Shown in pieces: positions 31,472 through 39,988 of a stretch of DNA of 59,589 nucleotides (the stretch's first letter is position 1; every line of letters begins with the position of its first letter). A program made the position numbers and the translations under genes. Below the pieces are notes generated by a model, which had not been told where the DNA came from, made no database searches, and saw nothing but the letters and a program-made list of their open reading frames with translations. The DNA lies in the IMG/VR virus record IMGVR_UViG_3300044463_000021, positions 1 through 59,589 of that record; one strand, given 5' to 3'. Origin of the DNA: a virus.

Positions 31472-31788
31472 GAGGCCACCTCCCCGATTGCCATCTGGCC
31501 CAGGATCGGCACGTTCGGGTGGCTGGCGTCGGGCAGCTGCTTACAGATGGCGCAGAACGGGGCGGTCTTCGGCACGACGACGTAGTCGTGGGCGGACTGG
31601 GCGAGCGGCTCCGCGCACTCGGTGCAGAGCAGCTGGCTGCGGTAGACGAGCCACTGCTCCCAGTCCCGTGCCAGCTCGACGACCTCCTCGGGTGTGTCCG
31701 CGAGGACTACGCCGTGATCGTCGCTTTCGAACGCCGCCTCACATCCGTCGCAGGCTGCCGAGTAGTAGAGCTTTGACGACGTGGCCAT
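31468..31788 (-). CDS. Hypothetical Cys-rich protein (106 aa).
   Basis: ATG at 31788 (MATSSKLYYSAACDGCEAAF...CTECAEP...CAICKQ). Confidence 0.5.
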   Translation of the reverse strand: MATSSKLYYSAACDGCEAAFESDDHGVVLADTPEEVVELARDWEQWLVYRSQLLCTECAEPLAQSAHDYVVVPKTAPFCAICKQLPDASHPNVPILGQMAIGEVAS

Positions 31789-32129
31789 CAGAGGTACCTC
31801 CACTCGATGCGGGTGACCTCGGTGTCCGGGGTGCACTTCATGTGCGTGCAGAAGAAGGTGACGAACAGGCCCGGGAAGTAGTAGCTCGGCATGCCTTCGC
31901 GGCGTACCTCGTCGGGGGTGATGGCGCACAGCAGCTCCCGCTGCACGGACAGCACCTCAACCTCTGCGATGCGTTCCAGCGGCTCAACCGTGCCGTCCTG
32001 CCGTTTACGGCCCATCACCTTGCGGCACAACGTCAGCGTGTCCCCGGGCTTGAGGAACAGCCAGCCCAGCCTTCGGGTGACCGTCTTGGTCTGGTCGCGT
32101 ACGGACTGCTCGGTCAACGTCACCGACAT
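31788..32129 (-). CDS. ASCH (PUA-like) domain protein (113 aa).
   Basis: KTVTRRLGWLFLKPGDTLTLCRKV is the typical ASCH N-terminal strand pattern. Confidence 0.5.
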   Translation of the reverse strand: MSVTLTEQSVRDQTKTVTRRLGWLFLKPGDTLTLCRKVMGRKRQDGTVEPLERIAEVEVLSVQRELLCAITPDEVRREGMPSYYFPGLFVTFFCTHMKCTPDTEVTRIEWRYL

Positions 32130-32137
32130 CAGGCGGC

Positions 32138-32368
32138 TCACGGCTTGGCCTTGGGGACAAGCGCGACATCGAAGCCGAGAGCGTCGGCCCACTGGCATAG
32201 GTTGTGAAGCGTCGGACTGGTGCCGTTTTCCCACTGCCAAATCGTCTGGTAGGTGGAGCGGCCGATGCGCTCTCCAAGCTGCTGCAGGGTCAGGCCGCGC
32301 CGTTTACGTTCAGCCTTGAGTTGCCCGATGAGCCTGGAGCGGTCGACGGGAAGGCTAGAGGTCGCCAT
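32138..32368 (-). CDS. XRE-family HTH regulator (76 aa).
   Basis: LTLQQLGERIGRSTYQTIWQWENGTSPTLHNL. Confidence 0.7.
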   Translation of the reverse strand: MATSSLPVDRSRLIGQLKAERKRRGLTLQQLGERIGRSTYQTIWQWENGTSPTLHNLCQWADALGFDVALVPKAKP

Positions 32369-32891
32369 AGGAATCCCGCTCCTCAGCTGTCATCTCGGCG
32401 AAGCGCTCGGCGTCGTTTTCGGCGCGCTCATCGGCGGCGGCTGGGTCGTACAGGTCACACCGGCCCATGCCGATACAGCCGTTGCAGCAGCATTCGCCTG
32501 TGGCCTCGATGTCGTTCGGTTCATGCAGCGCCGACTCGCGGCCAGCGGCGTACGCTGACGACAGGTGTGCAGGCAGCACGCCCAAAGCCACGAGGACGTC
32601 GACACAGCGACGGACATCAAGGCTGCCGTCGGCACGAATCTCGACGCCTTCGGCTGCCGTAGAGCTGACCACGAACCGCCAGTCGGGTGCCGACCGAGGG
32701 AACGTCAGCACCTCGAGGAACACTTCGCGGTCTGGTCCGAACCAGTGCCAGTCGCGGAGGTCCTTGAGGCTAGGCCCGTCATAGTCGGGGGAGACGCGCC
32801 TCCACCCGCTAGACCGCGCCCACGCGAAGACTGAGCGGAGCAGAACCCGGTCTTCGGGTGTCAGGCCAGAGGTGACAGTTGAAGAGGTCAC
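32355..32891 (-). CDS. Hypothetical protein (178 aa).
   Basis: ORF with coding-like composition and a C-terminal Cys cluster, ECCCNGCIGMGRC. Confidence 0.55.
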   Translation of the reverse strand: MTSSTVTSGLTPEDRVLLRSVFAWARSSGWRRVSPDYDGPSLKDLRDWHWFGPDREVFLEVLTFPRSAPDWRFVVSSTAAEGVEIRADGSLDVRRCVDVLVALGVLPAHLSSAYAAGRESALHEPNDIEATGECCCNGCIGMGRCDLYDPAAADERAENDAERFAEMTAEERDSYGDL

Positions 32892-33154
32892 GCGACATCA
32901 CCCCGACGCGATCCCTCAACAAAGGCCTTCAGGTCGGACACACGCACCAAATAAACGCATCCGCGACGGGCGTCTGGATCCTTGCGGGCCGCCAACTCAC
33001 CCTGATGGATCCAGACGCGGACCGTATGCCTGGCGACGCCGAGCATTCCGGCCACTTCGGCTGTGCGGATCTCGTCGGTCTCATCGGCGAAGGCAAGCGC
33101 GGACAGAGACTCCGGGCTGAATGTTTTCGGCGACCTACCGCGCCTGGCGCTCAT
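32888..33154 (-). CDS. Excisionase-family (MerR-like) HTH DNA-binding protein (88 aa).
   Basis: IRTAEVAGMLGVARHTVRVWIHQGELAA. Confidence 0.6.
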   Translation of the reverse strand: MSARRGRSPKTFSPESLSALAFADETDEIRTAEVAGMLGVARHTVRVWIHQGELAARKDPDARRGCVYLVRVSDLKAFVEGSRRGDVA

Positions 33155-33873
33155 ACCTCTACCTCACTCTTCTCGTCTGTGACTGGCCCGAACTCGTCCA
33201 GCAGCCCTGCATCGCAGAGCACTTGCGGCTCTTCCTCCCCTGCGGCAACCCACAGCCCGTCCACGCGGTCCCAGCGGTAGCCGCCGTCCACCTCCCAAAG
33301 GACAGCTACGGAGGCGGGGATCTCGTCGTAGTGGACGTCTGCCTTGTCCTCTCCGGGAGTCCAGGAGTGGTGTGCCTGATAGACGGTCACAGGCCTTTCG
33401 CCTCCAGCTCCGTCGGGAAGCCACGATCCGTCGGGAAGCAGCCATATCGGACCCGAGTCATGGCGGGTGCCGCGTACTGGAACCCGCGCCGGATCGGCGT
33501 TGGCCGACAGGATCAGGCCCCACTCGTAAGCCCACGACCGGTTCGCCTCAATCGCCGTGTGGTGGAACATGCACAGGCCCAGCAGGTTTGAGGCACTGTT
33601 CGTGTCCGGCAGCGAAGAACCGCCAGCGCGTCGGGGGCGGCGGTGATGGACGTGCACCGCCGTCAGGAAACACACCAGCTCACAGATGCCACCGGACCGG
33701 GCAGTCACCAGCTCACGCGTTGACCGGACTGGGCCGGTGTCTTTCGGCCGCTTGACGGTGGCCATCTTCGGTGGCTTCGGCTTGAACGTCGACGTTGGGC
33801 GGATGCCCTGCGCCTCAAACTCAGCGAGACGCTTGGCGCTGAATGCACGCAACTCGGTGCGGCGAAGACTCAT
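33151..33873 (-). CDS. HNH endonuclease (240 aa).
   Basis: GGICELVC...VHVHHRRPRRAGGS...SNLLGLCMFHHTAIE. Confidence 0.75.
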   Translation of the reverse strand: MSLRRTELRAFSAKRLAEFEAQGIRPTSTFKPKPPKMATVKRPKDTGPVRSTRELVTARSGGICELVCFLTAVHVHHRRPRRAGGSSLPDTNSASNLLGLCMFHHTAIEANRSWAYEWGLILSANADPARVPVRGTRHDSGPIWLLPDGSWLPDGAGGERPVTVYQAHHSWTPGEDKADVHYDEIPASVAVLWEVDGGYRWDRVDGLWVAAGEEEPQVLCDAGLLDEFGPVTDEKSEVEV

Positions 33874-34379
33874 CCGGCACCACCTGACGCAGGCTGCGCC
33901 ATGCCCGCCATCAGCAGCAACGGCTCGTCCACAGCCAGTAGCTCAGCCGACGCCGCGTAGGCCGGTATCCGGACCTCGACGCCTCGGTAGTGCGCCTGCC
34001 CTATGCAGTTCCAGGTCCGTGACCGCAGCGACGGCCCGGGCGAATCCGGGCGCGGGAAGGCGACCAGCAAATCGGCCGGCTTATCCTGCGACGGATCCCA
34101 GAGGCTGTTGCCCAGCAGCATGTCCTTGTTGCACACTGCGCCCGCCGACTTGCCCAGCGCGGTCACGTCGGCGGTATAGACGGTCAGATGGGTGCCGTCC
34201 ATGCCTGCGATGTAGTTGCGCACGATCGCGTCGAGCCCGTCAGCTCGGTCGCCGACGCGGACCTGAAGCGGGACCTCGGCCGCGCCGAACATGGCGTGAT
34301 GGCCCCACATGGCGTCAATGGTGGAGCGGATGAACTTGGCGTCGGTCCAGGCGACCCACCCGCTGAAAGCCACGATCAC
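33870..34379 (-). CDS. SLOG-like (DUF2493-type) protein (169 aa).
   Basis: MIVAFSGWVAW...VGDRADGLDAIVRNY...TALGKSAGAVCNKDML...DLLVAFP resembles the DUF2493 pattern. Confidence 0.45.
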   Translation of the reverse strand: MIVAFSGWVAWTDAKFIRSTIDAMWGHHAMFGAAEVPLQVRVGDRADGLDAIVRNYIAGMDGTHLTVYTADVTALGKSAGAVCNKDMLLGNSLWDPSQDKPADLLVAFPRPDSPGPSLRSRTWNCIGQAHYRGVEVRIPAYAASAELLAVDEPLLLMAGMAQPASGGAG

Positions 34380-35128
34380 GGCTGGCTCACCTTGGCCTTT
34401 CGGGTGGTCTCCGCCAGCCGTTTGCGCAGAGCCATAATCAGCGTGTGCGCCTCGGCGTGCAGCAGGTCCGAGGTGGACTCCAGGTCGGCGATACGCAGCA
34501 GGTTCCGGGCGATCGTCATCCGGCCCTCATAGTTGGCGTCGCCGTCGAAGCCGAGGTCATGCCACAGCTGGAAGATCTCGGCTTCCTGCTCGGCCGTGAT
34601 GGTCTCCGGAGGTGCGCCGATAACCCGCCCGTCGTCCTCGTTGCGGGTTTCGAACTTCGCACCCCACAAGTCCAGGCCGACGCCGAAACGTAGGGCGGAA
34701 TTCCGTATTGCGTCACCGATTGTCTCCTTGACCGCGTCGGCACCCCGTTTGCCGCCCGCGTCGCCGTAGCCAAGGCGTGGCACACCGAGGACGGTCAGCC
34801 GAATCCACATGCCGCCCACGGAATCGATGAACGGGAGTCCGTCCTTGTCCAGCGCGAGCGGCTCCCACGACCACTCGGGATCGACTTGGAGCAGGCGATC
34901 GGTGACGACCGCATGTCCGGCGTAGTCAAGGTGAATGTGCGCGGTGCTGATCCAGTTGCCGCACACCTTGCAGTTGCGCTTCTCGTGGCTGGTGCACCGC
35001 ACCTTCTTGTCGCGGCACTCGACGCAGGTGATGCGCGGAAGCTTGCCGATCTGCTCGTCGTCGAAAGGTTTGCGCAGCTGCGCAGCCTGGCTCTGGTTGA
35101 TGCGGGGCAGGGCTTCGATCTCGCTCAC
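34376..35128 (-). CDS. Rad52-family single-strand annealing protein (250 aa).
   Basis: LRKPFDDEQIGKLP...IHLDYAGHAVVTDRLLQVDPEWSWEP...KETIGDAIRNSALRFGVGLDLW. Confidence 0.6.
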   Translation of the reverse strand: MSEIEALPRINQSQAAQLRKPFDDEQIGKLPRITCVECRDKKVRCTSHEKRNCKVCGNWISTAHIHLDYAGHAVVTDRLLQVDPEWSWEPLALDKDGLPFIDSVGGMWIRLTVLGVPRLGYGDAGGKRGADAVKETIGDAIRNSALRFGVGLDLWGAKFETRNEDDGRVIGAPPETITAEQEAEIFQLWHDLGFDGDANYEGRMTIARNLLRIADLESTSDLLHAEAHTLIMALRKRLAETTRKAKVSQP

Positions 35129-35382
35129 GGTTGCTCCAAGATGCTCGTAGCGAGTTGCTCCACGACAGCCGCAGCGAGTTGCTCGGTGAGGGTCTGGTTT
35201 TCGCCGGCGAGTTGGGCGTTGGCGACGTCCAGATCGGCGATGGTGGCGCGGGCCCTCTCCAACTCAAGGCGGAGCTGGTCGCGATCGGTCAGCAGCTCGA
35301 TGCGGGCGTCCCACGAGTAGAGGGCGCGAGCGCGGCAGTCGAGACAGACCAGGCACTCGTGGTTGTTGCAGGGCTCGCTCAT
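35125..35382 (-). CDS. Hypothetical Cys plus coiled-coil protein (85 aa).
   Basis: ATG at 35382 with ATGA overlaps. Confidence 0.5.
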   Translation of the reverse strand: MSEPCNNHECLVCLDCRARALYSWDARIELLTDRDQLRLELERARATIADLDVANAQLAGENQTLTEQLAAAVVEQLATSILEQP

Positions 35383-35744
35383 GAACCGTTCTCCAATGCC
35401 TTGTCTCGGTCTGCGTCGTCGAGTGCCGCGGCGGTCTCGCACCGGTCGGCGTGCATTGCCCGTAGCCGCATCTCCCGCGCCAGCTCGTGGCGTCCTGCAA
35501 CAACCGACTGCTCCAGCCGCTCCTGGAGCACTTCCGCGTCGGCCAGCTGGCTCCGCAGTGCTGCGATCGTCGTCGACTGCTCCTGGATGACCCGGTTCTG
35601 GTTGGAGATCTGAGACCAGGCCAGGTCCCGGGTCCGTTCGGCGGCGCATGCCCGGTTTTCCCAGGCGATACGTGAGCGGGTTTCCAGCTCGTTGGCCAAC
35701 TGGAGCTGACGGGACGCCCACGGGCGCAGGAGGAGGCCGATCAT
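35379..35744 (-). CDS. Coiled-coil protein (121 aa).
   Basis: Coupled ORF. Confidence 0.5.
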   Translation of the reverse strand: MIGLLLRPWASRQLQLANELETRSRIAWENRACAAERTRDLAWSQISNQNRVIQEQSTTIAALRSQLADAEVLQERLEQSVVAGRHELAREMRLRAMHADRCETAAALDDADRDKALENGS

Positions 35745-35977
35745 CGCTCGCCCTCCGGACGTGTGATTGACACCTCGGGGCCGTAGCCGATGTGCCCGTC
35801 GTCGATCAGCCGACCCAAGCCCTGCGCCAGCTCCTGCTCCTCCACGTCCGGGCCTATGTCGTCAGCCGAGTCACGACGCGACATGTGGGTGAAGGCCAGG
35901 CCGCCGAGCAGAAGCGCGCCGAGCAAGAGAAGGAAGCAGCCGACTCCGGTGATGAGCTGAGTGGTGGAGGGCATCAT
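35741..35977 (-). CDS. Small membrane protein (78 aa).
   Basis: TM segment ITGVGCFLLLLGALLLGGLAF. ATGA overlaps. Confidence 0.5.
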   Translation of the reverse strand: MMPSTTQLITGVGCFLLLLGALLLGGLAFTHMSRRDSADDIGPDVEEQELAQGLGRLIDDGHIGYGPEVSITRPEGER

Positions 35978-36276
35978 GAGTGCCCGCCCTTCGCGTTGAT
36001 AGCGCGGGCGAGGCGGGTAATCTGCGGCCTGGCTGCGTAGTGGTACATGGCTTCGTTTTCGAGCACCAGCGCGACAGCTTCGGCCACGGCCGGATCCCAC
36101 AGCGCGATGTGCGCGGCCACCAGCTGAGTGTCATACCCCTCGTGTATGACAAACGGATCGCGATCCGGCGAGCCGACCACGCGATTCCGAACAAGCGACC
36201 ACGGGCCAGCCGGCGCGTTGCCCGCCACCTCGCGGATGCGTTCAGCTGCCTTGCGCAGCTCCTCGGCGGGCGTCAT
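35974..36276 (-). CDS. Hypothetical protein (100 aa).
   Basis: Coupled ORF. Confidence 0.5.
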   Translation of the reverse strand: MTPAEELRKAAERIREVAGNAPAGPWSLVRNRVVGSPDRDPFVIHEGYDTQLVAAHIALWDPAVAEAVALVLENEAMYHYAARPQITRLARAINAKGGHS

Positions 36277-36626
36277 CGCGACACCTGCTTACGCGCCGTG
36301 ATGAAGTCCTTCGCCTCGTCGGGTATCTGCTCCAGCAGAGCCGCAAAACATGTCCAGCTGTCGTCAGGGTGCCCGTGCATGGCCTCGTACTCGAACAGGG
36401 CGGCGGCGATGTCCAGCGCCCAGTCGGGCAAGCCTTCAGGGCGGGTGACTTCGGTGACGTCGGAGTCGAAGAACTCGACCAGGATGCCGTTGACGTCCAG
36501 CACCACCTTGCCGGTGCGTCCTTCTCCGTAGACCCGGTAAGCAGGCCAAGCCTGGCCGCCGATGGCCTCGCTGACGCGGTACAGCGGGGCTTCGTCAGGG
36601 GCGTGGCGGAAACGTCGCTCGCTCAT
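36273..36626 (-). CDS. Hypothetical protein (117 aa).
   Basis: ATG at 36626 (MSERRFRHAPDEAPLYRV). Confidence 0.5.
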   Translation of the reverse strand: MSERRFRHAPDEAPLYRVSEAIGGQAWPAYRVYGEGRTGKVVLDVNGILVEFFDSDVTEVTRPEGLPDWALDIAAALFEYEAMHGHPDDSWTCFAALLEQIPDEAKDFITARKQVSR

Positions 36627-36721
36627 GCGGACACCTCCGCGCATTTGGTGCACAGGTCATCGGGCTGCCACGCCTCGGCCAAAGCTTTCACGTCACGCCA
36701 CACCTCGGCGTAGCCCTTCAT
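36623..36721 (-). CDS. Tiny ORF (32 aa), not in the ORF track.
   Basis: MKGYAEVWRDVKALAEAWQPDDLCTKCAEVSA. ATGA overlap with the downstream gene. Confidence 0.3.
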   Translation of the reverse strand: MKGYAEVWRDVKALAEAWQPDDLCTKCAEVSA

Positions 36722-36788
36722 GACACCGGCAGCGTTCTTGTTGAACGGGTTGATGGTGTTCTCGAACGTGTGCGCGCGGCTGAACCGC

Positions 36789-37229
36789 TTACCGCAGACA
36801 CGGCAGCACCACCGTTCGGGTGCCCAGGTAGCCCAGGTCCACTGTCAGCAGCATCGGCTCACGGTGCCGGGCAACCACTTCCACCGGTGCGTCCCTCTTT
36901 ACCTGCACCACCAACGGCGTCGGCTCGACCTCTTTGCCGCTCCACAGCCGCGCTTCCCGCCACCGGTCGAGCCGGTGCAGCACCCGGACCAGCGGGGCCA
37001 GCAGCGTCGCCGCGAGCAGATACAGGCCCAGAGTCCCGTAGCCGACGGCGTACAGGACCTCACGTGCTTGCATGACAATCTCCGATCTGGACATACGGCG
37101 GCGGTGACGGCCGGGTGCGGGGGTGAAACGCTGCCGCTCGGCGACCCCGAACGCGGCGACGAGCAGGCAGCACAAGGCGGTGAGGACGGCGAGCACCCAC
37201 AGGTCGGGTGTCATCACGGCGTCATTCAT
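36789..37229 (-). CDS. Membrane protein (146 aa, two TM segments).
   Basis: LWVLAVLTALCCLLVAAFGV and LYAVGYGTLGLYLLAATLLAPLV. Confidence 0.5.
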   Translation of the reverse strand: MNDAVMTPDLWVLAVLTALCCLLVAAFGVAERQRFTPAPGRHRRRMSRSEIVMQAREVLYAVGYGTLGLYLLAATLLAPLVRVLHRLDRWREARLWSGKEVEPTPLVVQVKRDAPVEVVARHREPMLLTVDLGYLGTRTVVLPCLR

Positions 37230-37459
37230 TTCGCACCGCCCACGGTGAGAATGCCGAGTTCGTAGGCGAGCGCCACCGCATGCGAGCGGGTGTAGGCACC
37301 CATCCGCAGCCGCATCAGATAGCCGATCCGCGCCGCGTTGCCCAGCTTGATGCCGAGCACCTTGGCGATCTCACGATCGGTGAGGCCGTTGGCGTAGCCG
37401 TAGATGACTTCCCGCTCGCGGTCGGTCGGGGTGAACTCGGTTGGCACGGAAGCGGTCAC
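37226..37459 (-). CDS. LuxR/GerE-type HTH regulator (77 aa).
   Basis: TDREREVIYGYANGLTDREIAKVLGIKLGNAARIGYLMRLRMGAYTRSHAVALAYELGIL. Confidence 0.7.
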   Translation of the reverse strand: MTASVPTEFTPTDREREVIYGYANGLTDREIAKVLGIKLGNAARIGYLMRLRMGAYTRSHAVALAYELGILTVGGAK

Positions 37460-37869
37460 GAGGCCACCTGCTCCCGCTTGGCGGCACGCTGCTCAGTCAC
37501 ACGGCACGAACCGCAGCGGCCTTTACGCAGCGGCAGCCACGTCACCCTGAAACACACCGCGCACGTCGGCTTGACGGGCAGCGGGAACTCGTGCGGCTCA
37601 AGACCGGCCCGGTAGTGCTTGGCCCGCTCCCGGCCCGTCAACACGCCGCGGATCGACTCCCAATCGGAGACCTCGACACCGTCCTGCAAACAACGCAACC
37701 GCACTTGGCAGGCGAAGCAGTACTCGCGGATCAGCCACAACTCGCCTGGCCCGATCGCCGGCAACGGGTACATCAGGTCCGGGTCCTCGTCCTTGCAGAC
37801 CGCAGCCCCACGCCAGTCGCCGTTGATGGTGCCCGAGTCCAAACCCACGGCAGTGTTGGTGAAAGCCAT
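37456..37869 (-). CDS. whiB: WhiB-family Fe-S transcription factor with a C-terminal Cys-rich extension (137 aa).
   Basis: GAAVCKDEDPDLMYP...REYCFACQVRLRCL...GVLTGRER. Confidence 0.75.
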   Translation of the reverse strand: MAFTNTAVGLDSGTINGDWRGAAVCKDEDPDLMYPLPAIGPGELWLIREYCFACQVRLRCLQDGVEVSDWESIRGVLTGRERAKHYRAGLEPHEFPLPVKPTCAVCFRVTWLPLRKGRCGSCRVTEQRAAKREQVAS

Positions 37870-37870
37870 T

Positions 37871-38077
37871 TCAGGCCACCACCACTAGGACGGTGGCACC
37901 CTCGTTGGCGTATATCAGCGCATGCCGCTGACCACTGGTGTCCTCGGCCGTCAGCACAAACCCCGGCGGCTCAGCGGCGGGCAGACGTGTCCACGCCCGG
38001 TACACGCGGCCCCGATATTCGACGAACTGAGGCAGGCGCAGCCGTTCGGCTGGCATTGCGACAGTGTTGTGGGTCAT
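37871..38077 (-). CDS. Hypothetical protein (68 aa).
   Basis: ATG at 38077 with an ATGA overlap. Confidence 0.45.
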   Translation of the reverse strand: MTHNTVAMPAERLRLPQFVEYRGRVYRAWTRLPAAEPPGFVLTAEDTSGQRHALIYANEGATVLVVVA

Positions 38078-38292
38078 CGCCGCTTCACCACCACAAGGTC
38101 GGCGTCCAGCGCATCCAGCAGCAGAATCAGCTTCGGCGTGTGCGGAACCCGCAGGCCCCGCTCGATCAGTGACACGTAGGCGTGGGAGTGGCCGATCTCC
38201 GCACCCAGGCGCAGGCAGCTCCACTTCTGCGCCTTACGCAGCTGGTAGACGACCCGGGCGATGTCCTCGGGTCCGTGCAGGGTGGTCATCAC
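38074..38292 (-). CDS. XRE-family HTH regulator (72 aa).
   Basis: WSCLRLGAEIGHSHAYVSLIERGLRVPHTPKLILLLDAL. Confidence 0.65.
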   Translation of the reverse strand: MMTTLHGPEDIARVVYQLRKAQKWSCLRLGAEIGHSHAYVSLIERGLRVPHTPKLILLLDALDADLVVVKRR

Positions 38293-38471
38293 GCACCACC
38301 CTCAGGTGCTTGCATTTCGGCGAGGATTTCCGCCATCCGCGCCACAGCGGCCTGAAGGTTGCCCAGCGCCTCACCGACTGTCGCCCCGTTGAAAGGTCGG
38401 CCCCAGAACGCCTTGGCGTCATCAGCCATGTCCTTGGAGATCATGAGCAGGACTTCGCGGGAGTCGGTCAT
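38289..38471 (-). CDS. Hypothetical protein (60 aa).
   Basis: Coupled ORF. Confidence 0.45.
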   Translation of the reverse strand: MTDSREVLLMISKDMADDAKAFWGRPFNGATVGEALGNLQAAVARMAEILAEMQAPEGGA

Positions 38472-38740
38472 CGCGCACCGTCCAGCGGGTCGGCCGCAGG
38501 CAGCTCTGCCAGCCGGACGACGGCCAGCGCGAAACCACGCAGCAGCTCCTCGCCTGCACCCAGCGCCGAGGTGAGGGCCAGCGGAGTGAATAGTGCGGCT
38601 ACGACGTCGATGCGATCCTTGCCGGTGTCGAGTTGGGCGCGCGCCACCTCAACCATCAAGTCGAGACCAAGGCCGGTCGCGGATAGCGTCTGATCGGCTT
38701 GCGCACGCAGCGAGGTCCTGGTGGCACTTGACGGGTCCAT
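38468..38740 (-). CDS. Hypothetical protein (90 aa).
   Basis: ATG at 38740. Coupled ORF. Confidence 0.45.
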   Translation of the reverse strand: MDPSSATRTSLRAQADQTLSATGLGLDLMVEVARAQLDTGKDRIDVVAALFTPLALTSALGAGEELLRGFALAVVRLAELPAADPLDGAR

Positions 38741-39060
38741 TACGCCACCCACCCGTCTGGCGCGCGGTGGAAGGTGCACAGCAGCGAGCCGTCCTGTTCG
38801 GACAGCTCCGTATCGCAGCCGCCGACCCAGTTGCAGCGAGAGAAGATCGTGCGCTCAGGAAGGTAGTCGACGTTCGGCACCGGCTCGGCGTCCGCGTGGA
38901 AGTGCCCCAGCACCGACGCGGACAGGTCCTCGTCCAAGTCGCACCGGAGCTGATAGTCGGCCAGCATCCGCTGCGCTGCCGAGCGGGAGGCGTCCTCGCC
39001 CAGCCATGCCCGCATCTGAATCACCGTCGAGCGGACAAGGGAATCGGCTGTGGCGTTCAT
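38740..39060 (-). CDS. Hypothetical protein (106 aa).
   Basis: ATG at 39060 with an ATGA overlap. Confidence 0.5.
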   Translation of the reverse strand: MNATADSLVRSTVIQMRAWLGEDASRSAAQRMLADYQLRCDLDEDLSASVLGHFHADAEPVPNVDYLPERTIFSRCNWVGGCDTELSEQDGSLLCTFHRAPDGWVA

Positions 39061-39428
39061 GACGACACCACCACTGCATCGGCCAGCGGGAAACTCCATG
39101 CCGAGCGGACGGGCTTGTTGCCGTCAGCGGGAAGCTCGATCTCCCACGGCCCCCGGAAAAGGCCGTAGGCGGCCCAATCGCAGCCACGGCCTTTGTACTT
39201 CTTGATTGCCTTGCTCAGCGCGCCGAGATGGCGGCCGATGCACTCCTGACCGGCAAGACCGGGATCCGCGTCAGCGACCTTGAAGTCACCCAGGGAGGCG
39301 ACGTCACCGCAAGACGGGCACCGGAACGCCCACGTCATCACATCTTCGCCGAAGCGCTCCTTGGCCTCGGCCATCAATTCGGCCTGCGTGAGCTTGCGGT
39401 GCTTGCTGCTACCCTCTGCTTTGGACAT
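39057..39428 (-). CDS. Hypothetical zinc-ribbon protein (123 aa).
   Basis: FRCPSCGD...GQECIGRH...GRGCDW. Confidence 0.55.
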   Translation of the reverse strand: MSKAEGSSKHRKLTQAELMAEAKERFGEDVMTWAFRCPSCGDVASLGDFKVADADPGLAGQECIGRHLGALSKAIKKYKGRGCDWAAYGLFRGPWEIELPADGNKPVRSAWSFPLADAVVVSS

Positions 39429-39584
39429 GTGCGAGAGCTCCGTTTCTCGTCGGGTCTAGCTCTTCCGGCTCCTGGGCGCTACTACCGCTCGGGAGCCGTT
39501 CTTCCTCTTGCGTGCCGGGCCAGCAAGACAGTGGATCGACGCTGTGCGCTGGCCCGGCCTCCCGCCATGTAGCGGAAGTAGGTG

Positions 39585-39977
39585 CTAGTCCTGCACCATG
39601 CGGATCTCGTCGGCCTGCTCACGCTGACGGCGCACCGCATACACACCCGGTCCAATGCGGTTGTCACCGTGCTCGGCGTGACGCACGACCGCCTCCAACC
39701 CCTGGCCGACGACCAGGACCCCGAGGGTCTGCGAGTCGCCGGGATACCGGTGCCAGCGCAGGTCCGTGGTGTGCAAAGACATGCCAGCGGACATGAGCGT
39801 GTGATCGTGACCCCCCGAGCCGGTAACCAGCACGACAGGTCCGGTCACCGGCTGCGCCGCGGCGATGTCCGCGGCCCGCCGCCGCGAGGAGACTTGCTCG
39901 TCCCACGGCCAGAAGCTCAGGTCACCCTGGGCCTGCGGAACGCCAGCAACAGGTGGCACCTCAACGGTGATCGTCAT
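39585..39977 (-). CDS. Hypothetical protein (130 aa).
   Basis: ATG at 39977 (MTITVEVPPVAGVPQAQGD). Confidence 0.5.
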   Translation of the reverse strand: MTITVEVPPVAGVPQAQGDLSFWPWDEQVSSRRRAADIAAAQPVTGPVVLVTGSGGHDHTLMSAGMSLHTTDLRWHRYPGDSQTLGVLVVGQGLEAVVRHAEHGDNRIGPGVYAVRRQREQADEIRMVQD

Positions 39978-39988
39978 CGCATGTCCTT

